Origin: Stutzerimonas stutzeri
Lineage (GTDB): Bacteria > Pseudomonadota > Gammaproteobacteria > Pseudomonadales > Pseudomonadaceae
Assembly (NCBI GenBank): GCA_024451105.1
Contig: JANGEY010000010.1
Location: 13,006-77,005, forward strand
Direction of reading: 5' to 3'
Length of the DNA stretch: 64,000 bases
This document shows positions 45,964 through 64,000 of this stretch, in pieces (within the stretch, counting starts at the first letter, position 1; each line of letters opens with the position of its first letter). A program made the position numbers and the translations under genes. The notes below the pieces were generated by a model. The model was not told where the DNA came from. It made no database searches and saw only the letters and a program-made list of their open reading frames with translations.

Positions 45964-46611
45964 TCAGGGGGCCAGACGCTCGCGGACCCAGGCACCGTCG
46001 ACCAGCCGGTAGTTGAGGCGGTCATGCAGCCGGCTGGGCCGCCCCTGCCAGAACTCGATGCGCTCGGGCAACAGCCGGTAGCCTCCCCAGTGCTCGGGGC
46101 AGTGCGGCGCGCTGTCCATGAAGTGCGCCTCGGTCTCGGCCAGCAGGCGCTCCAGCTCGTCGCGTCCGTCGATGACCCGACTCTGCGGCGATGCCCAGGC
46201 GCCCAGTCGGCTACCCAGCGGGCGCACCTGGAAGTAGGCGTCCGACTCCTCGGCGGAGACCTTCTCCACCCGCCCCTCGATGCGCACCTGGCGCTCCAGA
46301 GCCGGCCAGAAGAAGGTCATCGCGGCGCGCGGATTGCGCAGCAGCTGGTCGCCCTTGGCGCTGTCGTAATTGGTGAAGAAGGTGAAGCCACGCGCATCGA
46401 GCGCCTTGAGCAGCAGCACGCGGCAGTGCGGCTGCCCCTCGGCATCGACGGTGGCCAGGGTCATGGCGTTGGCTTCCACCGGCAGTTGCTCGGTCTCCAC
46501 CGCCTCAGCAAACCAGCGGTGGAACAGGGCGAGCGGCTCGGCGGGCGCCCGATCCTCGGACAGGCCGTCCCGGGTGTAGTCGCGACGCATGTCGGCAAGC
46601 GACTGGCTCAT
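45964..46611 (-). CDS. pdxH: pyridoxamine 5'-phosphate oxidase
   Basis: 215 aa, alignable with E. coli PdxH (…[18 protein letters not shown]…, [14 protein letters not shown]). Confidence 0.9.
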   Translation of the reverse strand: MSQSLADMRRDYTRDGLSEDRAPAEPLALFHRWFAEAVETEQLPVEANAMTLATVDAEGQPHCRVLLLKALDARGFTFFTNYDSAKGDQLLRNPRAAMTFFWPALERQVRIEGRVEKVSAEESDAYFQVRPLGSRLGAWASPQSRVIDGRDELERLLAETEAHFMDSAPHCPEHWGGYRLLPERIEFWQGRPSRLHDRLNYRLVDGAWVRERLAP

Positions 46612-46699
46612 GGCAGAACTCCTTGGGCAAATTGACCCCGCTACCTTAACCAGCGGCCGGCCCTGCCGTCACTGACCGCAGGCAAGACCGGCACGAACA

Positions 46700-47470
46700 T
46701 CAGCGCTCGCTCTGCGCCAGCAATGCCGAAAGGCTGTCGCGGCGGGTCAGCAGCATCTCGACCCGGCGGTTCTGCTCGCGGCCGCTGACGCTGTCGTTGG
46801 TCGCCCGTGGGCGATCCGCGCCGAGACCGCGCAGGACCAGGCGGTCGCCCTTGAACCCGCTCATGCGGAAGATCGACGCCACCGCCTGCGCACGCTCCAG
46901 GCTGAGCTTGCGGTTGAGCGCGGCATCGCCGCTGCTGTCGGCATGCCCGAGCACCAGCACCGCATTGTGCGGATCGCCTTCCACCAGCTTGGCGATCCGG
47001 CTCAGCGGGCCCAGGGTGACCGGCAGCAGCATGTGCGGGCGATCCTTGTTGAACGAGGGATCGACCGGCGCGACCACCACCAGCACGTCGCCACGCCGCT
47101 CCACCTCGAACTTGCTGCCGGCCACCGCTTCGCGCAGGCGCTTCTCGTGCTCGTCCAGCCAGGCCTGGCTGACCCTGGCGACCTCCACCGGCTTGCTCGA
47201 CCGGGCCTCGCCGGACGGCTTCTCGGTCTTGGCCTTGCCGCCGAACGGCCACCAGCCCTTGCCCCCCTTCTCCGCCTCGACGGCGACGCCCTGCCCGACG
47301 TCGGCGGCCGCGACCTTCCCGGCCGGCGCCTTCGCCGGCTCGGCGCGCACGACTGCGGCGGCGGGCTTGTCCGCCGCCGCCTTGCCGGCGACGGGAGTCG
47401 ATTCGGTCTTGCCGGCACAACCGGCCAAGGCCACACAGACGAACAAAGCTGCAGGTTTCACGAAAGACAT
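46700..47470 (-). CDS. OmpA-family lipoprotein (peptidoglycan-associated)
   Basis: MSFVKPAALFVCVALAGC lipobox, an Ala/Lys/Pro-rich linker, and a C-terminal OmpA_C domain (VLVLGHADSSGDAALNRKLSLERAQAV). Confidence 0.85.
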   Translation of the reverse strand: MSFVKPAALFVCVALAGCAGKTESTPVAGKAAADKPAAAVVRAEPAKAPAGKVAAADVGQGVAVEAEKGGKGWWPFGGKAKTEKPSGEARSSKPVEVARVSQAWLDEHEKRLREAVAGSKFEVERRGDVLVVVAPVDPSFNKDRPHMLLPVTLGPLSRIAKLVEGDPHNAVLVLGHADSSGDAALNRKLSLERAQAVASIFRMSGFKGDRLVLRGLGADRPRATNDSVSGREQNRRVEMLLTRRDSLSALLAQSER

Positions 47471-47655
47471 GATCAATTCCAGTTGTAGGACGAATACCGC
47501 AGTGGGTGCGGCCCCATCGGGGCCGCCAACTGCCCGCGCCCCTCGCCCGGCGGCCGCCGCACCCGCCGGCGGGACGGCCACTGAACCAAGCATAGGCGGC
47601 ACGGAAAAATCGGGAGGGAATACTGCCGCAGGCGGCCTGCCGGCGTCCATGCGTT

Positions 47656-48363
47656 TCAGCGTCGCGACCAGCGCTGGCGCAGCCACTCCAGATCCTCGGG
47701 ACGGGTGATCTTCAGGTTGTCGGCGCGCCCCTCGATCAGCCGCGGGGCGAATCCCCCCCACTCCAGCGCAGAAGCCTCGTCGGTGATGGCGACGCGCGAC
47801 ACCAGGGCATCGGCCAGGCAGCGGTGCAACTGGCCGAGACGGAACATCTGCGGGGTGTAGGCCTGCCAGATCACGCTGCGATCGACGGTTTCGCAGACCC
47901 TGCCATCCTTGCCGGCGCGCTTCAGGGTGTCGCGCGCCGGCACGCCGAGCAGGCCGCCGACCGGGTCTTCGGCCAGTTCGCCGAGCAGCAGATCGAGATC
48001 CTGGCGCGACAGGTTGGGCCGCGCCGCGTCGTGCACCAGCACCCAGTCGTCCTCGCCGGCGCCCAGGCCGCGCAGATGCAGCAGACCGCCGAGCACCGAG
48101 TCGGCACGCTCGCAGCCACCTGGGGCGCGCTGCACGCGCGGATCGCGAGCGCAGGCCAGGGTCGGCCACCAGGGATCGTCCTCGGCCAGGCAGACCACCA
48201 GCCCCCTGAGGGCGGGGTGGCCGAGGAAGCAGTCGAGGGTATGCTCGAGCACCGTGCGCTCGCCGAGGCGCAGGTACTGCTTGGGACGGTCGGCGCGCAT
48301 GCGTGCGCCCACCCCGGCCGCCGGAATGACGGCCCAGAACTCGGGAAGGGGGGTCAGGCTCAT
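47656..48363 (-). CDS. ispD: 2-C-methyl-D-erythritol 4-phosphate cytidylyltransferase
   Basis: 235 aa with AVIPAAGVGARM nucleotide-binding motif. It overlaps ftsB by 4 nt. Confidence 0.9.
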   Translation of the reverse strand: MSLTPLPEFWAVIPAAGVGARMRADRPKQYLRLGERTVLEHTLDCFLGHPALRGLVVCLAEDDPWWPTLACARDPRVQRAPGGCERADSVLGGLLHLRGLGAGEDDWVLVHDAARPNLSRQDLDLLLGELAEDPVGGLLGVPARDTLKRAGKDGRVCETVDRSVIWQAYTPQMFRLGQLHRCLADALVSRVAITDEASALEWGGFAPRLIEGRADNLKITRPEDLEWLRQRWSRR

Positions 48364-48638
48364 TGGCTCAGCAGATAGAGGGTTTCGCCTTCCTTGACCA
48401 TGCCGAGTTCGTGGCGGGCACGCTCCTCGACGGTCTCCATACCGCGCTTGAGCTCCACCACCTCGGCCTCGAGGATGCGGTTGCGCTCCAGCAGTTGCTC
48501 GTTCTCGGCCTTCTGCGCCTCGATCTGCTCCTGCAGCTGACGGTTGCGGGTGACGCTGCCGTCGCCGTACCAGAGACGGTACTGCAGGCCGCCGAGGACC
48601 AGCAGGAGAACGAGGATGAGCCAGTGGGCCCTTTGCAT
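48360..48638 (-). CDS. ftsB: cell division protein FtsB
   Basis: 92 aa with an N-terminal TM segment and a coiled coil. It lies between eno and ispD, the conserved position. Confidence 0.85.
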   Translation of the reverse strand: MQRAHWLILVLLLVLGGLQYRLWYGDGSVTRNRQLQEQIEAQKAENEQLLERNRILEAEVVELKRGMETVEERARHELGMVKEGETLYLLSQ

Positions 48639-48707
48639 CCGAGTCAGCCCTCAGTGCGCGATAGGCGCTGCCGGCCGGCCAGGACGGCCGGACCGGCAAC
48701 GGACAGC

Positions 48708-50093
<1,386 letters not shown>

Positions 50094-50117
50094 CTACTTT
50101 ACCGGAACCGGACCGCC

Positions 50118-54028
<3,911 letters not shown>

Positions 54029-54128
54029 GGAGCGAGGCTCCAGCACGCAAGGGGGAACGCGAAGCAGGGCGGAAGATCGCTGCGCGAGTCTTCCACCCTG
54101 CGTACTCAGACCAGCATAGCTGCGCGGA

Positions 54129-55079
54129 TCAGACCGCGCCGTAGCTCATCAGGCGCTCGTAGCGACGCGCCAGCAGGGCCTTGGTGTCGAGCTTGCCGAG
54201 CTCTTCCAGCTGTTTGCTCAGCGACTGGCGCACGGCTTCGGCCATGGCCGCATGGTCGCTGTGCGCGCCGCCCAGCGGCTCGGGGATCACGGTATCGACG
54301 ATGCCGATTTCCTTCAGACGCTCGGCGGTGATGCCCATCGCCTCGGCGGCTTCGGGAGCCTTCTCGGCGGTGCGCCAGAGGATCGAGGCGCAGCCCTCCG
54401 GGGAGATCACCGCGTAGGTGGAGTACTGCAGCATGTTCAGCTGGTCGCACACGCCGATGGCCAGCGCGCCGCCCGAACCGCCTTCGCCGATCACCGTGGC
54501 GATGATCGGGGTCTGCAGGCGCGCCATGACCCGCAGGTTCCAGGCGATCGCCTCGCTCTGGCCGCGCTCCTCGGCATCGATGCCCGGGTAGGCACCGGGG
54601 GTGTCGATGAAGGTGAGGATCGGCAGCTTGAAGCGCTCGGCCATCTCCATCAGGCGGCAGGCCTTGCGGTAGCCTTCCGGGCGCGGCATGCCGAAGTTGC
54701 GGCGGACCTTCTCGCGGACCTCGCGGCCCTTCTGGTGGCCGATGACCATCACCGGCTTGTCGTCCAGACGGGCCACGCCGCCGACGATGGCGGCGTCGTC
54801 GGCGAAGTGCCGGTCGCCGTGCAGTTCGTCGAACTCGGTGAAGATGTGCTCGATGTAGTCCAGGGTGTAGGGACGGCGCGGATGACGGGCGAGACGGGCG
54901 ATCTGCCAGCTGGTCAGGTTGCTGAAGATGCTCTGGGTCAGCGACCTGGTCTTGTCTTGCAGGCGGGCAATCTCTTCGCTGATGTTCAGCTCGTTGTCGT
55001 TGCCCACCATGCGCAGGCCTTCGATCTTGGCTTGCAGGTCGGCGATCGGCTGTTCGAAATCCAGATAATTCGGGTTCAT
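54129..55079 (-). CDS. accA: acetyl-CoA carboxylase carboxyltransferase subunit alpha
   Basis: 316 aa starting [23 protein letters not shown], highly conserved. Confidence 0.95.
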   Translation of the reverse strand: MNPNYLDFEQPIADLQAKIEGLRMVGNDNELNISEEIARLQDKTRSLTQSIFSNLTSWQIARLARHPRRPYTLDYIEHIFTEFDELHGDRHFADDAAIVGGVARLDDKPVMVIGHQKGREVREKVRRNFGMPRPEGYRKACRLMEMAERFKLPILTFIDTPGAYPGIDAEERGQSEAIAWNLRVMARLQTPIIATVIGEGGSGGALAIGVCDQLNMLQYSTYAVISPEGCASILWRTAEKAPEAAEAMGITAERLKEIGIVDTVIPEPLGGAHSDHAAMAEAVRQSLSKQLEELGKLDTKALLARRYERLMSYGAV

Positions 55080-55185
55080 GCAGGCATCCGTGGTGAGCGG
55101 GTTACTGTTCGGCTCAGGAAAACAGGCGCCCGACTTTACGGGATCGGACGCCGCCGGTCGAGCCTGGCGGGGGACAGGCCCCGCC

Positions 55186-58704
<3,519 letters not shown>

Positions 58705-58774
58705 GGCAATTCCGTGGACTCGAACGACAAGGCCCGGAATTGTACCGGGCCTCGCGGCGAAGGACAGGAGGGAT

Positions 58775-60199
58775 TCAGTCCTTGCCGCCCGGCTCCCAGA
58801 TACCCGGAGCTATCCTCTCGCGAATCTCCGGGTAGTCGCGCACGTCGAAGGTCGGCAGCCTGCCGGAACGGCGCTGGCGGTCGTAGTCGGCGGCCAGCCG
58901 GAACGCCAGACCGGAGAGCAGCAGGATGGCGATCAGGTTGGTGATCGCCATCAGCCCCATGGACACGTCGGCGAGGCTCCAGACGAACGGCAGGGACGCC
59001 AGCGCGCCGAACATCACCATGGCCAGCACCAGCAGACGGAAGACCAGCAGGCCGGCCGGATGGTTGTGCTCGAGGAACACCAGGCAGTTCTCCGCGTAGA
59101 AGTAGTTGGCGACGATGGAGGTGAAGGCGAAGAACAGGATCACCACGGCGAGGAAGTAGCGCGCCCAGCCGCCCACCTCGGCGCTCAGCGCGTTCTGCAC
59201 CAGTTGGGCGCCCTGCGCCTCGCCGACCGGCACGCCGGAAAGCAGGATGATCGCTGCCGAGGCGGTGCAGATCAGCAGGGTGTCGATGAAGACCCCGGCC
59301 ATCTGCACGTAGCCCTGCGAGGCCGGATGCGGCGGGTGCGGCGTGGCCGAGGCGGCGGCGTTGGGCGCCGAGCCCATGCCCGCCTCGTTGGAGAACAGCC
59401 CGCGCTTGAAGCCGTTGAGGATCGCCGCGCCCAGGCCGCCTGCGGCGGCCTCCTCGAGGCCGAAGGCGCTCTTCACGATGGTCGCCAGCACGCCCGGCAG
59501 CTCGCCGAGGTTGGTGAGGATGACGAACAGCGCCATCGACAGGTAGGCCAGCGCCATGAAGGGCACCGCCAGTTCGGAGAAGCGGGCGATGGAGCGCAGG
59601 CCGCCGAAGACGATCAGCCCGGTGAGCAGCACCACGACGGTGCCGCTGATCCAGGTGTCGACACCGAAGGCGCCCTGCATGGCGCCGCTGATGGTGTTGG
59701 CCTGCACCGAGTTGAACACGAAGCCGAAGGCGATGATCAGGAAGACCGAGAACAGCACCCCCATCCAGCGCGCGCCCAGACCGCGCTCCATGTAGTAGGC
59801 CGGTCCGCCGCGGAACTGCCCCTGGTCGTCGCGGATCTTGAACAGCTGGGCCAGGGTCGCCTCGACGAAGGCGGTGGCCATGCCCACCAGGGCGATCACC
59901 CACATCCAGAAGATCGCCCCCGGCCCGCCGAGGGTGATGGCCACCGCCACTCCGGCGATGTTGCCGGTGCCGACCCGGGCCGCCAGCGAGGTGCACAGCG
60001 CCTGGAACGAGGAGATGCCTGCCGCATCGCTGCGCCGGCTGCCGCGCAGCACGCTGAACACATGGCCGAAGTGGCGGAACTGCAGCGCGCCGAGGCGCAG
60101 GCTGAAGTACAGGCCGACACCGACCAGCAGCCAGATCAGCACCTTGCCCCAGATCAGGCCGTTGAGCAGGTCGACGACCTGGTTGGCGAAGTCCTGCAT
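58775..60199 (-). CDS. alanine/glycine:cation symporter (AGCS family)
   Basis: About 474-aa polytopic transporter. ATG at 60199 is preceded by GGAGGTG. Confidence 0.85.
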   Translation of the reverse strand: MQDFANQVVDLLNGLIWGKVLIWLLVGVGLYFSLRLGALQFRHFGHVFSVLRGSRRSDAAGISSFQALCTSLAARVGTGNIAGVAVAITLGGPGAIFWMWVIALVGMATAFVEATLAQLFKIRDDQGQFRGGPAYYMERGLGARWMGVLFSVFLIIAFGFVFNSVQANTISGAMQGAFGVDTWISGTVVVLLTGLIVFGGLRSIARFSELAVPFMALAYLSMALFVILTNLGELPGVLATIVKSAFGLEEAAAGGLGAAILNGFKRGLFSNEAGMGSAPNAAASATPHPPHPASQGYVQMAGVFIDTLLICTASAAIILLSGVPVGEAQGAQLVQNALSAEVGGWARYFLAVVILFFAFTSIVANYFYAENCLVFLEHNHPAGLLVFRLLVLAMVMFGALASLPFVWSLADVSMGLMAITNLIAILLLSGLAFRLAADYDRQRRSGRLPTFDVRDYPEIRERIAPGIWEPGGKD

Positions 60200-60278
60200 A
60201 CGCACCTCCGACTGTCGACGATGGCCACGCCGCGGACAGCGCCGCGGGCTTTAGCAACGGACAGTGTAGACAGACGGA

Positions 60279-60875
60279 TCAGTCTGCGAGCAGCGCGCGC
60301 ACCGGAGCGAAGGAGCGCCGATGGATCGGCGTCGGCCCCAGACGCCTGAGCGCCTCGAGATGCGCCGGGGTCGGATAGCCCTTGTGGCCGGCGATGCCGT
60401 AGCCGGGATAGACCCGCTCCAGCTCGGCCATCTCGCGGTCGCGACTGACCTTGGCGAGGATCGAGGCGGCGGCGATCGCCGGCACCTTGGCATCGCCCTG
60501 CACGACCGGAGCGCAGGGCACCGCCAGCTTCGGACAGCGGTTGCCGTCGATCAGCGCCAGGCGCGGCTGCACGGCCAGGCCCTCGACGGCACGCTGCATG
60601 GCCAGGAAGGTGGCCTGGAGGATGTTCAGACGGTCGATTTCCTCGACCTCGGCGCGACCGATGCACCAGGCCAGCGCCTTGTCGCGGATCTCGTCGAACA
60701 GCCGCTCGCGACGTGCTTCGGAGAGTTTCTTGGAGTCGTTGAGCCCGTCGATCGGCCGCAGCGGGTCGAGAATCACCGCCGCGGTGACCACCGGCCCGCA
60801 CAGCGGTCCACGACCGACCTCGTCGACTCCGGCGACCAGCTCCTCGACCAGGGCGAAGTCCAGGCCCAGTTGCAT
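60279..60875 (-). CDS. rnhB: ribonuclease HII
   Basis: 198 aa with [15 protein letters not shown] active-site motif. Confidence 0.9.
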   Translation of the reverse strand: MQLGLDFALVEELVAGVDEVGRGPLCGPVVTAAVILDPLRPIDGLNDSKKLSEARRERLFDEIRDKALAWCIGRAEVEEIDRLNILQATFLAMQRAVEGLAVQPRLALIDGNRCPKLAVPCAPVVQGDAKVPAIAAASILAKVSRDREMAELERVYPGYGIAGHKGYPTPAHLEALRRLGPTPIHRRSFAPVRALLAD

Positions 60876-62008
60876 CAGGCGCGCCCCAGCAGCTGCAGCA
60901 CCGCCTCGGCGGCACGCTCCGAGGCGCCGCGGCGCAGGGCGCGATGGATGGCGTCGAAGCCCTCGGTCTGCACCGCGCCGTCGTCGAGCAGCGGTGCCAG
61001 AGCGGCGGCCAGCGCGTCGGGGGTCGCCGCGTCCTGGATCAGCTCAGGCACCAGCAGACGCCCGGCCAGCAGGTTGGGCAGCGAGACGTAGGGACTCCTC
61101 ACCAGACGGCGAAGGATCCGGTAGGTCAGCGGTGCCACCCGATAGGCCACCACCATCGGGCGCTTGAACAGCAGCGCCTCGAGGGTCGCGGTGCCCGAGG
61201 CGATCAGTACCGCGTCGCAGGCGGCCAGCGCCTCGTGGGAACGCCCGTCGAGCAGGGTCACCGCCAGTTCGCGGCCGACCAGCATGGCCTCGAGCTGGGC
61301 GCGCCGCTCGGCGCTGGCGCAGGGCAGCACGAAGCGCAGCCCCGGACGCAACGCGCGCAGGCGCTCGGCGGCATCGAGGAACAGGCTGCCGAGGCGCTCC
61401 ACCTCGCCGCCGCGGCTGCCGGGCAACAGGGCGACCACGCCGCCGCGCTCGGGCAGACCGAGCGCCGCGCGCGCTGCGGGGCGGTCTGCTTCGAGGGGGA
61501 TGGCGTCGGCCAGCGGGTGGCCGACGAAGCACACCGGCACCTGCTGCTCTTCATAGAAGCGCGCCTCGAAGGGGAACAGGGTGAGCATCAGGTCGCAGGC
61601 CCGGCGGATCTTCAGCACACGCTTCTGCCGCCAGGCCCACACCGAGGGACTGACGTAGTGCACGCTGCGGATCCCGGCCTGGCGCAGCTTCAGCTCGACA
61701 CCGAGGTTGAAGTCCGGCGCATCGATGCCGACGAACACGTCCGGCCGTTCGTCGATCAGGGTGCGGATCAGCCGGCGGCGGCGGCCGAGCAGTTCGGGCA
61801 GGCGGCCGAGCACCTCGACCAGGCCCATCACCGCCAGACGCTCCATGGGGAAGTAGGAATCCAGGCCCTCGGCCTGCATGCGCGGCCCGCCGACGCCGAT
61901 GAAGCGGGCATCGGGATGGCGGGCCTTGATGGCCTGCATCAGGCCGGCGCCGAGGATGTCGCCGGACGCCTCGCCGGCGACCAGGGCGATCTTCAGGGGA
62001 CGGCTCAT
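60875..62008 (-). CDS. lpxB: lipid-A-disaccharide synthase
   Basis: 377 aa starting [23 protein letters not shown]. Confidence 0.9.
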   Translation of the reverse strand: MSRPLKIALVAGEASGDILGAGLMQAIKARHPDARFIGVGGPRMQAEGLDSYFPMERLAVMGLVEVLGRLPELLGRRRRLIRTLIDERPDVFVGIDAPDFNLGVELKLRQAGIRSVHYVSPSVWAWRQKRVLKIRRACDLMLTLFPFEARFYEEQQVPVCFVGHPLADAIPLEADRPAARAALGLPERGGVVALLPGSRGGEVERLGSLFLDAAERLRALRPGLRFVLPCASAERRAQLEAMLVGRELAVTLLDGRSHEALAACDAVLIASGTATLEALLFKRPMVVAYRVAPLTYRILRRLVRSPYVSLPNLLAGRLLVPELIQDAATPDALAAALAPLLDDGAVQTEGFDAIHRALRRGASERAAEAVLQLLGRA

Positions 62009-62012
62009 GGCG

Positions 62013-62789
62013 TCAGCGGGTGATGCCGCGGGTCGAGCTGCGCACCGACTCGCAGAACAGCGCCACCTCGGGGTGCTGCGCCGCCTCGTCGGCCAGTTCG
62101 TGCAGGGCCTCCTCGACGGTCAGCCCCTTGCGGTACATGACCTTGTAGGCACGGCGCAGGGCCTGCATCGCCGCGTCGCTGAAGCCGCGCCGGCGCATGC
62201 CCTCGAAGTTCATGCTGCGCGCTTCGGCCGGGCTGCCGAACACGGTGACGAAGGCCGGCACGTCCTTGCCGATCGCCGTGCCCATGCCGGAGAAGCTGTG
62301 CGCGCCGATGCGGCAGAACTGGTGAACCAGGGTGAAGCCGGAGAGGATCGCCCAGTCGCCGACGTGCACGTGGCCGGCCAGCGCGGTATTGTTGACCAGG
62401 ATACAGTGGTCGCCGATCACGCTGTCGTGGCCGACGTGCACGTAGGCCATCAACAGGTTGTGGCTGCCGATGGTGGTCTCGGCACGATCCTGCACGGTGC
62501 CGCGATGGATGGTCACCCCTTCGCGGATCACGTTGTGGTCGCCGATCACCAGCCGGGTCGGCTCGCCCTTGTACTTCAGATCCGGCGTGTCCTCGCCTAC
62601 CGAGGAGAACTGGTAGATGCGGTTGTGCCGGCCGATCACCGTCGGGCCCCTGACGATCACGTGCGGGCCGATGATCGTACCCTCGCCGATTTCCACGTCC
62701 GGCCCGATGATCGACCAGGGGCCGACCTCGACATCGGCAGCCAGTCTGGCACTCGGATCGATGATGGCGCGAGGGTCGATCGAACTCAT
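62013..62789 (-). CDS. lpxA: acyl-ACP--UDP-N-acetylglucosamine O-acyltransferase
   Basis: Start at [16 protein letters not shown] (internal Met of the track ORF, matching Pseudomonas LpxA N-terminus), with hexapeptide repeats. It overlaps the fabZ 3' end. The start coordinate is approximate within a few nt. Confidence 0.9.
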   Translation of the reverse strand: MSSIDPRAIIDPSARLAADVEVGPWSIIGPDVEIGEGTIIGPHVIVRGPTVIGRHNRIYQFSSVGEDTPDLKYKGEPTRLVIGDHNVIREGVTIHRGTVQDRAETTIGSHNLLMAYVHVGHDSVIGDHCILVNNTALAGHVHVGDWAILSGFTLVHQFCRIGAHSFSGMGTAIGKDVPAFVTVFGSPAEARSMNFEGMRRRGFSDAAMQALRRAYKVMYRKGLTVEEALHELADEAAQHPEVALFCESVRSSTRGITR

Positions 62790-63226
62790 TTCTTCTGTTC
62801 CGCACAGATGATTTCGCCCGAGCAGACCGCCTTGCCGTCGACGCTGGCCTGGCACTCGAACTTCCACAGCCCGCGCTTGCTGCTGAGCACACGAGCCTCG
62901 AGGATCAGTTGGTCGCCCGGGGTCACCGGCGAGCGGAAACGCAGGTTATCGGAGCCGACATACAGGTACAGGGTGTCGGCGGCGGCCTTGGCGCCCATGA
63001 TGCTGAAGCCGAGCAGGCCGGCTGCCTGGGCCATGGCCTCGATGATCAGCACGCCCGGCATGATCGGATGGCCCGGGAAGTGGCCGTTGAAGAACGGTTC
63101 GTTGATGGTGACGTTCTTGTAGGCGCGGATGCGCTTTTCCTCGAGATCCATCTCCACCACCCGGTCCACCAGCAGGAACGGGTAGCGGTGCGGCAGGAGT
63201 TCGCGAATCTCGTTGATATCCATCAT
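62786..63226 (-). CDS. fabZ: 3-hydroxyacyl-ACP dehydratase FabZ
   Basis: 146 aa starting [23 protein letters not shown]. Confidence 0.95.
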   Translation of the reverse strand: MMDINEIRELLPHRYPFLLVDRVVEMDLEEKRIRAYKNVTINEPFFNGHFPGHPIMPGVLIIEAMAQAAGLLGFSIMGAKAAADTLYLYVGSDNLRFRSPVTPGDQLILEARVLSSKRGLWKFECQASVDGKAVCSGEIICAEQKK

Positions 63227-63271
63227 GGTGTGGGAGCCTTGGTCAAAAAAGGGAACACGGGGATGCGTGCT

Positions 63272-64000
63272 TCACGCATCAGATGAGTCATCCCCGCTCC
63301 GGGTCACGGCGGCAAGCTGCTTTTCCAGCTGCTGCAGGCGCTTGGCCATGTCGTCGAGCTGGCGCAGGCGCGCGGCGCTCTTCTTCCATTCGGCCGCCGG
63401 CTGCATGGCGGTCCCCGAGGAGTAGGCACCCGGCTCGGTGATCGAGCGGGTGACCATGGTCATGCCGGTGACGAACACGTGGTCGCACACCTCGATGTGG
63501 CCGACCATGCCGACGCCGCCGGCGATCATGCAGTGCCTGCCGATCTTGGTGCTGCCGGAAATGCCGCAGCAACCGGCCATGGCGGTGTGATCGCCGACCT
63601 GCACGTTGTGGGCGATCATGATCTGGTTGTCGAGCTTGACGCCGTTGCCGATGAGCGTGTCGCTCAGCGCACCGCGGTCGATGGTGGTGTTGGCGCCGAT
63701 CTCGACGTCGTCGCCGATGGTCACCCCACCGATCTGGGCGATCTTGATCCACACGCCCTTGTCGTTGGCGAAGCCGAAGCCCTCGCCGCCGATCACCGCG
63801 CCGGACTGGATCACCACCCGTCGGCCGATGCGTACGTCGTGGTACAGAGTCACCCGCGGGGCCAGCCAGCCATCGTCGCCGATCGTGCTGCGCGCACCGA
63901 TCACGCAGTGCGCGCCGAGGCTCACTCGCGCCCCGATCACCGCGCCGGACTCGATCACCACGCCGGGGCCGACCGAGGCGCTCGGATCGACCACCGCATC
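63272..64000 (-). CDS. lpxD: UDP-3-O-(3-hydroxyacyl)glucosamine N-acyltransferase (5' end beyond window)
   Basis: C-terminal left-handed beta-helix hexapeptide repeats plus a C-terminal coiled-coil. The ORF continues past the window edge. Confidence 0.9.
   Translation of the reverse strand, partial: DAVVDPSASVGPGVVIESGAVIGARVSLGAHCVIGARSTIGDDGWLAPRVTLYHDVRIGRRVVIQSGAVIGGEGFGFANDKGVWIKIAQIGGVTIGDDVEIGANTTIDRGALSDTLIGNGVKLDNQIMIAHNVQVGDHTAMAGCCGISGSTKIGRHCMIAGGVGMVGHIEVCDHVFVTGMTMVTRSITEPGAYSSGTAMQPAAEWKKSAARLRQLDDMAKRLQQLEKQLAAVTRSGDDSSDA

Overview
High-GC (~65-67%) gammaproteobacterial chromosome segment, Pseudomonas-like by gene content and synteny. The left half carries the conserved ispF-truD-surE-pcm-nlpD-rpoS block, interrupted by a DUF368 membrane gene. 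An RsmZ-type GacA-controlled small RNA lies just downstream of rpoS. Also on the left are oligopeptidase B, rnd-ycgL-ycgN, a rhodanese, and a glutathione-dependent formaldehyde-detoxification pair (frmA/frmB) with a divergent LysR regulator. The right half carries the mnhABCDEFG antiporter operon, lapAB, ihfB, pdxH, and then the conserved ispD-ftsB-eno-kdsA-pyrG-tilS-accA-dnaE-rnhB-lpxB-lpxA-fabZ-lpxD block. The centre (about 25.6-35.1 kb) holds the most interesting unit: a tightly packed, same-strand five-gene module encoding a DUF2170/YjfI-like protein, a PspA/IM30 (bacterial ESCRT-III-like) protein, an NfeD/YqiJ-like membrane protein, a long flotillin (SPFH) with an internal 120-bp tandem duplication, and a 1740-aa giant protein whose C-terminal region is an AAA+ ATPase. 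In E. coli these parts sit in separate loci (yjfIJ, yqiJK). Their fusion with a giant ATPase suggests a poorly characterised membrane-remodelling or envelope-stress (possibly defence-related) system. No CRISPR arrays, tRNAs, rRNAs, or mobile elements were seen. Many very long antisense 'shadow' ORFs in the six-frame track are GC-bias artefacts.
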